Positions 36,001 to 44,977 are shown, numbered from the stretch's first letter. The stretch is DNA of 64,000 nt from Thermoplasmata archaeon (GCA_028864975.1 JAGWLG010000001.1:1-64000); one strand, 5' to 3'. A program made the numbers and translations. Notes: generated from the sequence alone by a model not told the origin.

Positions 36001-37891
36001 CGCGGCCGACCGAGAGATCTGGCAGGGCGCGAACCTGTCTGCGACCATCGACAAGCCCTGGCTCGAGAACGGGGTGAACTACAGCTTCTGGCAGGGCAAC
36101 TACACTAACGAACTCCGTGACGGCCAGGTCTCCAACGAGTCGTTACAGAACCTGCTCAGCGGAATGCAGGTGCACGGTGCGGGGCTCACGTTCACGTGGA
36201 CCGCTCCCACGTCCACGATCCACTTGGTCGATGCCCAGAACGACTCCTCGAACATGGGCATCGCCCCGATGACGTCCACGTGGGCCGTCGACCTTCACGG
36301 GAGCATCGACCTCAATCTGACGTCGAGCCGTCTCGCGCTGCTCCAGAAGGGCTACGGGGTCCCCACGCAGCTCAACGTGACCGTTCCGATCAACATGGAC
36401 GTGCCGGTCACCATCTATACGCCGTGGAACCTCGGAAGCGGATGGGACCCCCTCTCGACCCCGCTGCCGGGGGACCCTGCGTACGTCCTGACCCGCGGGG
36501 TCTTCGGCCTTGTCGGGAACGACTACCACGCCGCGCCGAACTTCCTCCCCGGGACCTACCTCAGCGCTCCCTTGAACGCCCTCATGGCGAACATGACCTC
36601 GCTTGGCCGCGTGTTGGGGGCGGAGGGACGCGCTCAGGCGTCCATGTTAGCGGGGCTACCTGACCGGGACGTCGGGGCCTCGGCACCCTGGGCGCAGAAC
36701 TGGACCCTCCTGGAGAACACCACCCAGACCGCGCTCGCCGCCACAGCTGGGCCGTACCTCGCGGCGACGCAGGGCTACATCGCGCTTCTGAACTCCGAGC
36801 TGACGGCCGTGCCGAACGGAGGGCCGTACACGAACGTGCCGTGGGTCTACCCGGCCTACTTCGGCTTCCTCGGCCAGCTCAACAGCCCCGGCCAGCAGTT
36901 CAACTACTATGGCTACCCCGGACCCACCGGGTTCGGGAACGTCGACCAGTACAACCTCACCTTCGCGGGACCGACCGTCGGGGTCAACTACTTCGTCGAC
37001 AACAACTTCCGGGGCGCCTCTCCGGGCACGGTCCCGGTCCATGGGTTCTGCGGGGCCTGGTCGCCGACGGCCCCTGCGCGCAACCTCTACTGCGGCCCCG
37101 CCATCCACAATACCGGCCTGTCCTACACTTTCGATGGGTACTGGCAGGAGTTCCTCACTCCCTACCGCCTCTCGCTCTCGGGGTCCCCCACGTTCACGGC
37201 CCCTGCTCAGGTCGCGGCGGCACGGAGCTATCCCTCCCTCACGTCCCCGTACCTGGGGCCCACGTCGGCCTACCCGGCGGAGCTCTCCGTGAGCGGCGTA
37301 GGAGGACTCCCACCGCCCGCGTCGACCGGGTTCGTGCAGGCCAACCAGGGATACCTGCCCGCTCCGGGAGCCTTCTCCAACTACGCCGCGGAGCAGCAGT
37401 GGGCGGCGGCATACCTCTTCGACGGGCTCGGCTCTGCGACGACCCCGGGGGTCACGGAACTCGGCTACTCGACCGTGCTCGAGTACTCGACGCTCGCCGG
37501 GGACGCCAGGTCGATGAACACTACGGTCGATCTTCAGGACGCCGCCGGGCTCTTCGGATCAGCGACGCAGATGGCGAACGTCGGGGGCTTCCTGGAGTGG
37601 TTCGAGCTCAACCACGAACAGATCGCCTACGGTCTGGGAGGACTTTCGGCGGACCCGACCACCCTGGCCTCGGCCGAGCCCTATCTCCTGACCTCGGCGT
37701 ATCGGAACGTCACCGTCGCGACGGGGTCGCTCTCGACCCCCTCGACCTACGCCTTCCTCTCCTCGAACCTCGCTTGCACGGAAGGCGACCTTGGCGGAAC
37801 GGGTGGAGGGCTCCTGAACACCCCTACGGTGCTCATCGGGGGAGGGACCCCCCAGACGTGGTCGTACGGCGGGGCCCTGGTCGAGGACTGA
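33017..37891 (+). CDS. Giant (1624 aa) secreted protein with pilin-like N-terminus; adhesin candidate
   Basis: FRGRSG|RLPYSFVGIVILAAMVILTAY; W/Y/N/G-rich body with several Cys pairs and sequons; no C-terminal TM. Confidence 0.82.
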   Translation: MTRGLSQPFRGRSGRLPYSFVGIVILAAMVILTAYFEIAVTWSNNEGAFNVPEQLNTAFALAQRNIQQAAYLALLQGESQLLLQTPNPPIDQLNQTLRDGFASALQSMGFVSLSGGPAPGFQDGSVRVYAESWGINLTWDQGQVWDAVPSIALRSGSNDPNLPLAQVPDAARPTSLALTEEPVYPMAIGEVLLFGVDGASGVSGTQIVPFTETVQSELGLLEDSRAQFADASFGPSGGFAHLVQYLATTLGEMRALVGYGSGGWLGPNDATSIASSACGGASTPSILSCDDLHNAVSLAELLESLQYFRSYDPNATYALLSGLPPGPYQTLLSKFVSDGVVDGAALFLLLYQQPGSGGTTPGGIASISSGEGLASAAYSFVDRFKFDLIQQFFGAQAVDPTLTEPVVDWARLTSQGQAYAQARLLQWLSDYQNWLGISVNSVPAFDDTSYIPAEWCDDNGNCGTGAYTGGGACLYSILPAGSTINTYGATIANLRLEILGQNNFGFTPQMFTINEVITVPAVGIYPQWQDADVGTGAGGGAGYNLVDYSLLGEYNGASGLSNPLLGMTPGPQGDPYMQALAGILEQLNASMDHKSPAATGIGQKGYLDWLAYSAAKDGGNYSSFASAGLPDLSNPLVVNQVVNSTSYSLLTNGSSTLLNGVDALALQKLSTQATNASWLNTSWVWGAAHPDLMPADALGSTIPGGGVPPTPPSDNPSPGPADWWTILDSARLTAREWYQLMYNLYWGTSGIIPGSPVGAIDFGAMDNAQFTLWSQGVYHQPPSPGIEPDFAMWIQNESYISVYNWMGYSQPGYGEGECDRFSCANPATRYVGAVATGACSNGAFGTPGYAAWQNARSYFFFEEGTGQPSRTWNNVGAAVTCALLGPAGHTLGGASCAAAPYSTTGTPKGIDFFHYDTAPGVGLTSSFWNTKNATGDGWWGCWSPTVGLCPRAGQYDYGNDYGNFTNWTIDKIAPPLLNDTREMGQVGGWLSQLYAAADREIWQGANLSATIDKPWLENGVNYSFWQGNYTNELRDGQVSNESLQNLLSGMQVHGAGLTFTWTAPTSTIHLVDAQNDSSNMGIAPMTSTWAVDLHGSIDLNLTSSRLALLQKGYGVPTQLNVTVPINMDVPVTIYTPWNLGSGWDPLSTPLPGDPAYVLTRGVFGLVGNDYHAAPNFLPGTYLSAPLNALMANMTSLGRVLGAEGRAQASMLAGLPDRDVGASAPWAQNWTLLENTTQTALAATAGPYLAATQGYIALLNSELTAVPNGGPYTNVPWVYPAYFGFLGQLNSPGQQFNYYGYPGPTGFGNVDQYNLTFAGPTVGVNYFVDNNFRGASPGTVPVHGFCGAWSPTAPARNLYCGPAIHNTGLSYTFDGYWQEFLTPYRLSLSGSPTFTAPAQVAAARSYPSLTSPYLGPTSAYPAELSVSGVGGLPPPASTGFVQANQGYLPAPGAFSNYAAEQQWAAAYLFDGLGSATTPGVTELGYSTVLEYSTLAGDARSMNTTVDLQDAAGLFGSATQMANVGGFLEWFELNHEQIAYGLGGLSADPTTLASAEPYLLTSAYRNVTVATGSLSTPSTYAFLSSNLACTEGDLGGTGGGLLNTPTVLIGGGTPQTWSYGGALVED

Positions 37892-37942
37892 AGGGCGCGC
37901 CCGACCCACCGGAAGGGCCGCTCCAGGGCCCGGAACTGGGGC

Positions 37943-40015
37943 TTACCCGTCCTGCGCTCCCTGCTGGCCGGAGGAGCTGTTGTTCCCCTCGCCCCCGCGG
38001 GTCCGCTGAAGGTGTTGACGGAGGTTCTCATGGGCGTCGCGGAGGTTCTTGCGCGCCGACGCCCTCTGGTGTTCGAGCGCCTCCATCTGGCTCTCGTGAT
38101 CGCTCAGGGCCTGGCCGTGCTGGAAGAGGACGTTCTCGCGTTCCTCGACCCCGCGCCGCCGGCGGTCGACCTCCTCGGTCTGTCGTTGGACCGCCCCTTC
38201 CCTCATCGAGGTCTGGCGCTCCCGTGATACGAGCGAGGCCTCGCGGTCGCGCAGCAGGTTGGACTGCTGCTCGAGCTCCGCGGCCCGGCGGGCCTGGCGG
38301 TCCTCGACGCCGCGCGCGAGGTTCTCCCTCCTCGTGATCTCGATCTCGCGTCCATTGAGGGTCTGTTCGCGGTCGGCGATCTTGCCTTCCCGCTGACGCA
38401 GGGTCTCCTGGAGCGCTGAGAGCTGGCTCTCCATGGCGTTCATCCGCGCCTGCCGCTCCTCCACCTCGCTGAGCCGGGAGCGCGCGGCGGTGGAGATCTG
38501 CTCCGCCTCCATCTGCCGGCGTTGAAGGTCCTGCTCCTGGGTCCGGCGGACGTTCTCCCACTGCTCCTCCTGGGAGAGGAGGTGGGTCTCTCGGTCGCGC
38601 AGCGCGGACTCGTCCGCCCGTAGCTTGTCCTCCCGCGCGCCGAGCGCCTTCAGTCGCTCTCGGGTCGCGAGCTCACGCTTTTCGAGCTCCTCGCGAGAGG
38701 CGCGGGTCTCGTTCTCTCGACGAGCGGCCTCGCTCTCGCGATGCTCGAGCTCGGAGGCACGCTTTCGGAGCTCGGCCTCCTCCACAGATCCCGGGGGAGG
38801 GGCTGTCGGCGCCCCTTGAGGAACCTGCCCCTCTCGCTCGGTGATCGCCTTCTCGCGCTCGCCCAGCGACTGGTCGCGGGTGTCCAGCTCTTGGTAGCGC
38901 CGCTGGAGCTCGATCTGGTGCGCCTCGAGGTCATGTTGGAGCGTCTGGAGCTCCTGTCGGTGCGCTTCGAGAGCTTGTTCATGCTCGGTGAGCTGTTGCT
39001 CTCGAGAGGACAGCGCCGCCTGTTGCTCGGCCTGCGCCTTGCTGCCTTCGGCCTCCTGCGCCGAGGCCTTCGCGGACGCGGCCTGCTCGGCGGTCCCTAT
39101 CCGCTCCTCCCGCTCCGAGAGCTTCGAGTCCCGCTCTATAAGCTGGGACTCGGCCGCGTTGAGCGCGCTCTCGCGCGCGGCGATCTCGGCCATGCGTTGC
39201 TGGACCGCATCCTCCCGGCCCACCAGGGAGCGGTCCTTCTCTTCCAACGCCTTTTGGCGCGCGTCCAGCTCCTCGTTGGAGACCGAGGGCCCCGGCGGGC
39301 TGGGCGCCGAGGGTGGGGCGGACGCTGCTATCGACGCCCCTGTCGGGCTCGCAGCGGTCGGAGCGCCCCTCCCGACGACCGTGAATGGACGGGAGGTGTC
39401 CTCGGCATCGACCGGGGTCGCCTCGGGCGAGGCGGGATTCGCTTCTGCAGCGGCGGAGTCCGACCCCGCGACGAACGCTTTCAGGGGATCAGGGCCCGGG
39501 GGCGGTGCAACGGAGACGAGCGGGGCCTCTTCCTTGACCTGGGAAGGCGCTGGGCTCTCCGCGACCACGGCGGTCGGGCCGGGGGAAGCAACGGGGGAAG
39601 AGGCGGGAGCGACACCCGTGGGAGGTGGGGATGCCACCGTCGTGGCGGCCGGTCCCGGAGCTGCGACGCTGGGGATAGGAGGCGTTGCCTCCTCTGGCGA
39701 AGGAGCCCCACCGCGGGCACGGCGGACGAGTTCGAGCCCCTGAGGGGTCATGTGGACCTGGAAGTCCTCGGGCCCAAGCTGTTCGATCCGCACGAGGTTC
39801 GAGCGCTGGAGCTTGCTGAGCGCGTCCTTGACATCCTTGTAAGCGGCCCCGCCCAGGGACTTCCGGATGTTCCGGACGTAGTCCTCTCTCGTGACGGGGT
39901 TCCGGCCGCCTCGGGAGTGATCGGCACTGAACAGGAGGACCGACTGGAGCAGGTTCAGTTGAGGGTTCGGGGATGGCCTGGCCACAGCTTGAGGGGACGC
40001 CAAGGAGGGCAACAC
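37943..40015 (-). CDS. Winged-helix-like N-terminus, Pro/Ala linker, long coiled-coil
   Basis: DVKDALSKLQRSNLVRIEQ...VHMTPQGLELV wHTH-like signature; ~330 aa of L..RE..L..RE heptads; TATA CTTATCTC upstream (~40043-40050). Confidence 0.8.
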   Translation of the reverse strand: MLPSLASPQAVARPSPNPQLNLLQSVLLFSADHSRGGRNPVTREDYVRNIRKSLGGAAYKDVKDALSKLQRSNLVRIEQLGPEDFQVHMTPQGLELVRRARGGAPSPEEATPPIPSVAAPGPAATTVASPPPTGVAPASSPVASPGPTAVVAESPAPSQVKEEAPLVSVAPPPGPDPLKAFVAGSDSAAAEANPASPEATPVDAEDTSRPFTVVGRGAPTAASPTGASIAASAPPSAPSPPGPSVSNEELDARQKALEEKDRSLVGREDAVQQRMAEIAARESALNAAESQLIERDSKLSEREERIGTAEQAASAKASAQEAEGSKAQAEQQAALSSREQQLTEHEQALEAHRQELQTLQHDLEAHQIELQRRYQELDTRDQSLGEREKAITEREGQVPQGAPTAPPPGSVEEAELRKRASELEHRESEAARRENETRASREELEKRELATRERLKALGAREDKLRADESALRDRETHLLSQEEQWENVRRTQEQDLQRRQMEAEQISTAARSRLSEVEERQARMNAMESQLSALQETLRQREGKIADREQTLNGREIEITRRENLARGVEDRQARRAAELEQQSNLLRDREASLVSRERQTSMREGAVQRQTEEVDRRRRGVEERENVLFQHGQALSDHESQMEALEHQRASARKNLRDAHENLRQHLQRTRGGEGNNSSSGQQGAQDG

Positions 40016-40077
40016 TCCTACGCTCTAGGGAGGAGGCCCGCGGGAGATAAGCGTTGGCTCTCGGTCCTTTGGTTCCG

Positions 40078-41373
40078 TCAGCGAAGCTCCAATCCACGGG
40101 CTGTGGCGTAGACCACGGATTTAGACCCGCAGACGGGGCACGAAGGTCGCCCGCTCTTGAGAGGGTATCCCGTCCCGCAGAGACCGCAGGTGACCCGGCC
40201 CTCCCCGGTAAGTACCGGGGACGGAGGCGACTGAGGGGGCGGGCTTGGAGGGACCCGGCTTGGCGGGGCGGTACCCGGTCGAGCTTCGAGGTGCGCGACC
40301 GTCTCCCTCCGCCAGCCGTCCACGTCCGGGCGGGGTCCCTGCACGGACTTGCGGGGGGACGAAGGGCCGGTGCTCACCTCGACCGAGGCCCCCGCTGCCT
40401 CCGTGGGGCCCCTCCGAACGAACGAGCCCGTGGCCGCCAGGAATCCGAAGAACCCCATGCCGGCGCCCACGGCTCCCACGAGGGACCCGGTGTCCAAGGG
40501 CGCCCCCTTGCTCGGGTCGAGCTCGGTCGCGTTGTACGAGAGGGTGGACGCATTCGCCTCGGCGGAGAGGAAGACCAGGGTCCAGCCGGTGACCGTTCCG
40601 TGGACCTGGGCGTACCATGAGACGGGCGTCCCCCCCATGCCCACCCACGACCCCGAAGTGAGGAACGAGTTCTCGCACGCGGGATCGCTCGGGAGGAACG
40701 TGGCCGCGGGACACTCGGTCGAGTTGTTCGGGGAGAGCAAGTAGAGCTGGGCCCCTCCCCCCGCGCCCGACGGGACGGAGAACGAGCCCCGGATCCCGAT
40801 GGCGACCGAGCTGAGGGGAGGAAGGATCACAACCGCCCGGCCCGGAACGGGGTCCTCACGGACCAGGGACGGGTTCGATGGGACCGAAAGGCCGACCGAA
40901 CTCGAACTCGCGTCGGGGGTGTAAGCGACCGTCTCGGAGATGGCGAAGGAGCCGTCCGAAGGTCCTAGGTAGAGGAGGGCGAAGGGTCCGTCGGCGGTGG
41001 TGTTGTACCCCCAGCCACCCGAGCTCCGGCTCCCCAGGGCGGTGGCGAACGACGTCGGGACCCCATGTCCCGAGTCGCTGGCGTTCTCGATCGCCCAGTC
41101 CGCGGCATCTAGGAGATAGAAGGCGACCGTGGAGCCGGGGGCGCCCGTGGTGAAGTTGCCCCACAGGAACGCGCCGGACGGAACGTAGGGCAACGGCACC
41201 ACAAGGTCCGACGGCAAGGAGGTCATCGAGGGCAGGAACTGGTCACCGGAGGGTATCAACGGGGTCGCGGCGAGGGGGGCTTGCGCGTGCGGAAGCTCGT
41301 AGTATGCGAAGGCGATGGTGCTGACCCCTAGGACCACCAGCACGAGCCCGACGGCGAGCTGGGTCGAGTGCAT
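40078..41373 (-). CDS. Two-TM membrane protein with extracellular beta domains and cytoplasmic Zn ribbon
   Basis: TM at the N-terminus and near aa 325; tail CGLCG...CPVCG. Confidence 0.72.
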   Translation of the reverse strand: MHSTQLAVGLVLVVLGVSTIAFAYYELPHAQAPLAATPLIPSGDQFLPSMTSLPSDLVVPLPYVPSGAFLWGNFTTGAPGSTVAFYLLDAADWAIENASDSGHGVPTSFATALGSRSSGGWGYNTTADGPFALLYLGPSDGSFAISETVAYTPDASSSSVGLSVPSNPSLVREDPVPGRAVVILPPLSSVAIGIRGSFSVPSGAGGGAQLYLLSPNNSTECPAATFLPSDPACENSFLTSGSWVGMGGTPVSWYAQVHGTVTGWTLVFLSAEANASTLSYNATELDPSKGAPLDTGSLVGAVGAGMGFFGFLAATGSFVRRGPTEAAGASVEVSTGPSSPRKSVQGPRPDVDGWRRETVAHLEARPGTAPPSRVPPSPPPQSPPSPVLTGEGRVTCGLCGTGYPLKSGRPSCPVCGSKSVVYATARGLELR

Positions 41374-41453
41374 CGGGCCGGGTTCCCTTCCTCCTCGCCA
41401 TCGCGGAGGCGCCCTATATAATGGACGAACGAGGTGCGGTCCGAGAACCGCCC

Positions 41454-42728
41454 GTGGACTTCCTGACCGCGCTCTTCCTGGTCCTGGGCTCGGCGGTCAT
41501 CGCGGGGGAGGTGGCGGCCCGGCTCGGCCACGTCGCCCTCGTCGGCCAGGTCGCGGTCGGTGTCGTGCTCGGCCCCACCCTCTTGGGTGGTTCGCTGGGC
41601 CTCACGATGAACCCGTCCACGACGGTGGGCGCGGGCCTCGGCGCGATCCAGACGGTGGCGGTATTCTTCATCCTCTTCATGGCCGGGCTCGAGGTCGTTC
41701 CCGAGGACATCTGGAGCACGGGGGCCGTGTCCGCGACCCTGGGCCTCTCGATGTTCCTGATCCCGTTCTTTGTGGGAGCCTGGTTCCTCCCCTTCGTCTT
41801 TCCCACCGAGCCGCTGACGACGGACCTGTTCATCTCCCTCACCCTCTCGATCACGGCCCTCCCCGTGATGGCCGTGATCCTGATCGAGCTCAAGATGCTC
41901 AAGACCCGACTCGGGTCGATGGTCCTCGGCGCCGCGGTCGTGAACGAGCTGAGCGCCATGACCACCTTCGCCTTGCTGCTCCACTACCACGGGAGCTCGA
42001 CGACCCTGGCCGGCCTTCTCGTCCCGGGGCTTGAGGTCGCCGTCTTCATCTCGACGGTGCTGACCATCCACCAGGTCCTGAAGCTCCTGCGTCAAGGACC
42101 GGCCTGGGCGCGCCTTCAGCAGCGCTGGGCCCGGCCCCTTCGGAAGCGCCAGGTCTGGTTCGCACTCTTGATGGTGATGGCGCTCTCCTCCTCGCTGCTC
42201 TCGCAGGCCTTGGGGCTCACCTTCCTGGTCGGAGCCTTCTACGCCGGCCTTCTCGTGACACGAGAGAGCGCCGGTCCGGTCGCACGTCGGGAGATCGGTC
42301 GGGTCTTCGGGACGATGACCTGGGGATTCTTCATCCCGCTGTTCTTCGCCCTGGTCGGCCTCGACATGGACCTCCGGCAGATCTTCACCTTGCCAATGGA
42401 GCTGACCTTCGCCGCTATGTTCGTGTTCGCCTGCTCGAGCAAGATCGTCGTGGGTGCGGCGGTGCCGCTCGCCTTCGGTTGGACCCCGCGGCAGGCCGCG
42501 ACGGTCGCCTCGCTCGTGAACGGCCGGGGAGCGGTCGAGCTCGCGATCGCGACGATCCTGCTGAACTCCGGGGTCTTCACGCTGCCGATCTTCACGCTCG
42601 TCGCTTCGGTCGGCCTGGTCACGACCATCATCGCGCCGCTCGGAGCTGCGCTCGCCTGGCGCAAGGAGGTCCCGTCGGCGGCGGCCGGTCCTCCAACTTC
42701 AGGCCGGGCGCCGGCTCCCGCCAAGTGA
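41454..42728 (+). CDS. Cation:proton antiporter (CPA2/Kef-type)
   Basis: FMAGLEV, SITALPV, GAAVVNE, FFIPLFFALVG, NGRGAVELAI; TATATAA at 41415-41421 supports GTG 41454. Confidence 0.9.
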   Translation: MDFLTALFLVLGSAVIAGEVAARLGHVALVGQVAVGVVLGPTLLGGSLGLTMNPSTTVGAGLGAIQTVAVFFILFMAGLEVVPEDIWSTGAVSATLGLSMFLIPFFVGAWFLPFVFPTEPLTTDLFISLTLSITALPVMAVILIELKMLKTRLGSMVLGAAVVNELSAMTTFALLLHYHGSSTTLAGLLVPGLEVAVFISTVLTIHQVLKLLRQGPAWARLQQRWARPLRKRQVWFALLMVMALSSSLLSQALGLTFLVGAFYAGLLVTRESAGPVARREIGRVFGTMTWGFFIPLFFALVGLDMDLRQIFTLPMELTFAAMFVFACSSKIVVGAAVPLAFGWTPRQAATVASLVNGRGAVELAIATILLNSGVFTLPIFTLVASVGLVTTIIAPLGAALAWRKEVPSAAAGPPTSGRAPAPAK

Positions 42729-42756
42729 GGGCTGCTCGCGCCCCCGCAGCGGGTCG

Positions 42757-43545
42757 TCAGGGCGGCTGGATCATCTGGGAGAGGAGGTCCAAGAAGGAAC
42801 GACCCAGGGCGTTCATCGAGGGGGTGAGGCTTTCCAGGGCCGCGTCCCTGGCCTCCATCGCAATGCCGTTCCAGTCCTCTCCTTCGAGGAACGCGCTGAC
42901 GCAGGCGGCCACCCGTGGCTCGCTGGAGCGCCACGCCGCGCTCTGCGCGGCCAGGTCCGCGACGCTCATGGCCACGTTCCAACCTGCCTTGATGGAGAGG
43001 TCCTTCGCGACGATCTGGGCCCCCGAGGCTGCCGCGAGGCCACACGCGGTCCGCTCAGGGCTCTTCACGACCTCCTCGACGAGGTCGACCGCGCGAGACC
43101 ATGCCGTGCTCGCTCCCTCGGGGCCCGATGCGCCTTCCAACGACGAACGGAGCTGTTCGGAAGCCCTGACCCCGTCCGCTTGAACCGCCTCCAGAGTTCG
43201 GAGGAGCGCTGCCTGGGCCGTGGTCGCGGGGAGATCTGTGATCACGGCGGCGAGCTTGCGCAATCTGCGACCTTCTCCGACCAGCCCCGCGAGCTCTACC
43301 CATTCCGGAGTGTGAACTCGGACGAGCCAGTCCAGCGACCGTCGTGAGCGCTCGAGGTCCTTCCCATCCCCGGCCGTGCCCACCATTCGGGCCACCACGC
43401 TCTCCAGCTCCTCGCGGAGGGGCCCCCGGGGGCGCGCGTCGGCCAGCCCTCGGGCGAGCTCCCGTAAGACCGGGGAGACCAGACGCGTGTCGATGTTCAG
43501 CGGGCGAGGCTCTTCCCGGGAGACGGAGCCTTTCGAGGCGGGCAT
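42757..43545 (-). CDS. Hypothetical alpha-helical protein
   Basis: Open frame from ATG 43545; LDWLVRVHTPEWVELAGL motif; Ala-rich C-terminal half. Confidence 0.6.
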   Translation of the reverse strand: MPASKGSVSREEPRPLNIDTRLVSPVLRELARGLADARPRGPLREELESVVARMVGTAGDGKDLERSRRSLDWLVRVHTPEWVELAGLVGEGRRLRKLAAVITDLPATTAQAALLRTLEAVQADGVRASEQLRSSLEGASGPEGASTAWSRAVDLVEEVVKSPERTACGLAAASGAQIVAKDLSIKAGWNVAMSVADLAAQSAAWRSSEPRVAACVSAFLEGEDWNGIAMEARDAALESLTPSMNALGRSFLDLLSQMIQPP

Positions 43546-43806
43546 GGGTCGGCCATCCCGAAGCGTATGAGAAGGATTCCAGGGAAGACCGGAGGGGATG
43601 TTCCAACGTGCGTCTAGCGCGACCTGACCGACGGTCCGCAGGCCCATCCCAGCTCCGTGCTCCGATTCGGCTCCCTCTCAACGCGAGGGCGCCCGTTCGT
43701 TCAGTGCGGAGACGGATCGGACCTTCGGGCGGCGCCGGGAGCGAGGTCCTCCCCTTCCTTCCGCCTCACGGAAGTCTCTTGGCGGTCCTCGCGATGTCAT
43801 CGACCC

Positions 43807-44313
43807 ATGACTTCCGCGCGTCCCTTGCGCATCAACCGGTTCACGGTGATGGCCATGCTCCAGGCGGCGCGCGCCCGCCACATGGGCCTCTCCGAGGAGT
43901 CCGCGTACTCCTGGGGCCTCAACCGTGCGATCTGGTACGCTGCTGCGAAGAAGGGGTTCAAGACAGGTAACCCCGGCGAGGGTCCTCCTTCTCCCTCGGG
44001 GAGACCAACCCTGGAGTTTCGCTTGGGAAGCGACATGGCCTATCGAACTCCAGAGTCGGAAGTGTCCGCCCCGGTCTTCGTCCTAGGTGCCGAGGCCCAG
44101 ACCGCGGAGGCCTTTCGCTCAAAGATCGCCTCGCGCTTCGGGACGGACCGCAGCTTCCGGGTGGCGTGGGAGGAGGCGACGCGGATCGTCAGCGAGGTGG
44201 ACCCCGAGTGGCTCCAGACAGGCTCGTCCTTCTACTCACACGTCTACAAGCCGCGGCGGGACGCCCTCGTCAAGAAGTGGGCGGACGACTTCGGTGAGGC
44301 GCCCCCCGGTTGA
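43807..44313 (+). CDS. Conserved-looking hypothetical protein
   Basis: INRFTVMAMLQAARA...SWGLNRAIWYAAAKKGFK; protein-like composition from ATG 43807. Confidence 0.7.
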   Translation: MTSARPLRINRFTVMAMLQAARARHMGLSEESAYSWGLNRAIWYAAAKKGFKTGNPGEGPPSPSGRPTLEFRLGSDMAYRTPESEVSAPVFVLGAEAQTAEAFRSKIASRFGTDRSFRVAWEEATRIVSEVDPEWLQTGSSFYSHVYKPRRDALVKKWADDFGEAPPG

Positions 44314-44329
44314 ACCCCCTCGCTTGGGC

Positions 44330-44977
44330 TCACGAGAGCTTTTCGAGCGGCGCCCCGCAATCCGGACATCGCTCGTCGGAGACCCGGTAGAGCGAGCCGC
44401 AGTACGGACAGCGGACCATCGCTAGCGCAGGCTTCGAACCCGTGGAAGCCGGGGGGCCGGGTAGGGCCCCGGGACCGCTCCTCGCTGGGAGCGCGGCGAC
44501 GACCTCATCATGGACCTTCTGTAGGTCCTCCGCCGGGTCCAGCAGGAAGTGGATGCCGTTCGTGCCGGCCACCTGCCCCTCGACATATTCGGGGCTGTAC
44601 TGGGCCGCGTCCCCTTGGACGCGGATGGCCAGTACCTCTCGCAAGGGCCCAGGGAGCTTCGACCGGTCGACCCCCCGGATGTCCTCTCGATGGATCTTGA
44701 TGTCCTCCTGGATGCCCGTGACCCTCATTTCGATCAGCCCTGGGGCTTCGACCAGACGGCAATGGACCAGCCCCTTGTCGGTCAGAATGAGCAAACCGCT
44801 CCCGGTCTCGGGCTCCTTGAACGGGATGCCGTCCCCGTAGGTCCCCGATGCGGCGAGCACGACCTCACGGCCATCCTGCGTCATCACAGGGATGACGACG
44901 CTCCTCCAGCATCCGAAGAACTTCTCGGCGGGCTTGATGAAGAGGAAGCGGTCGAAGGGTGAGGGTATCTGCTCCAT
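44330..44977 (-). CDS. Hypothetical protein with beta-rich (PH-like?) domain and C-terminal Zn ribbon
   Basis: GLLILTDKGLVHC is typical of PH-like folds; CPYCG...CPDCG tail; SD-like GAGAGAGG upstream. Confidence 0.65.
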   Translation of the reverse strand: MEQIPSPFDRFLFIKPAEKFFGCWRSVVIPVMTQDGREVVLAASGTYGDGIPFKEPETGSGLLILTDKGLVHCRLVEAPGLIEMRVTGIQEDIKIHREDIRGVDRSKLPGPLREVLAIRVQGDAAQYSPEYVEGQVAGTNGIHFLLDPAEDLQKVHDEVVAALPARSGPGALPGPPASTGSKPALAMVRCPYCGSLYRVSDERCPDCGAPLEKLS

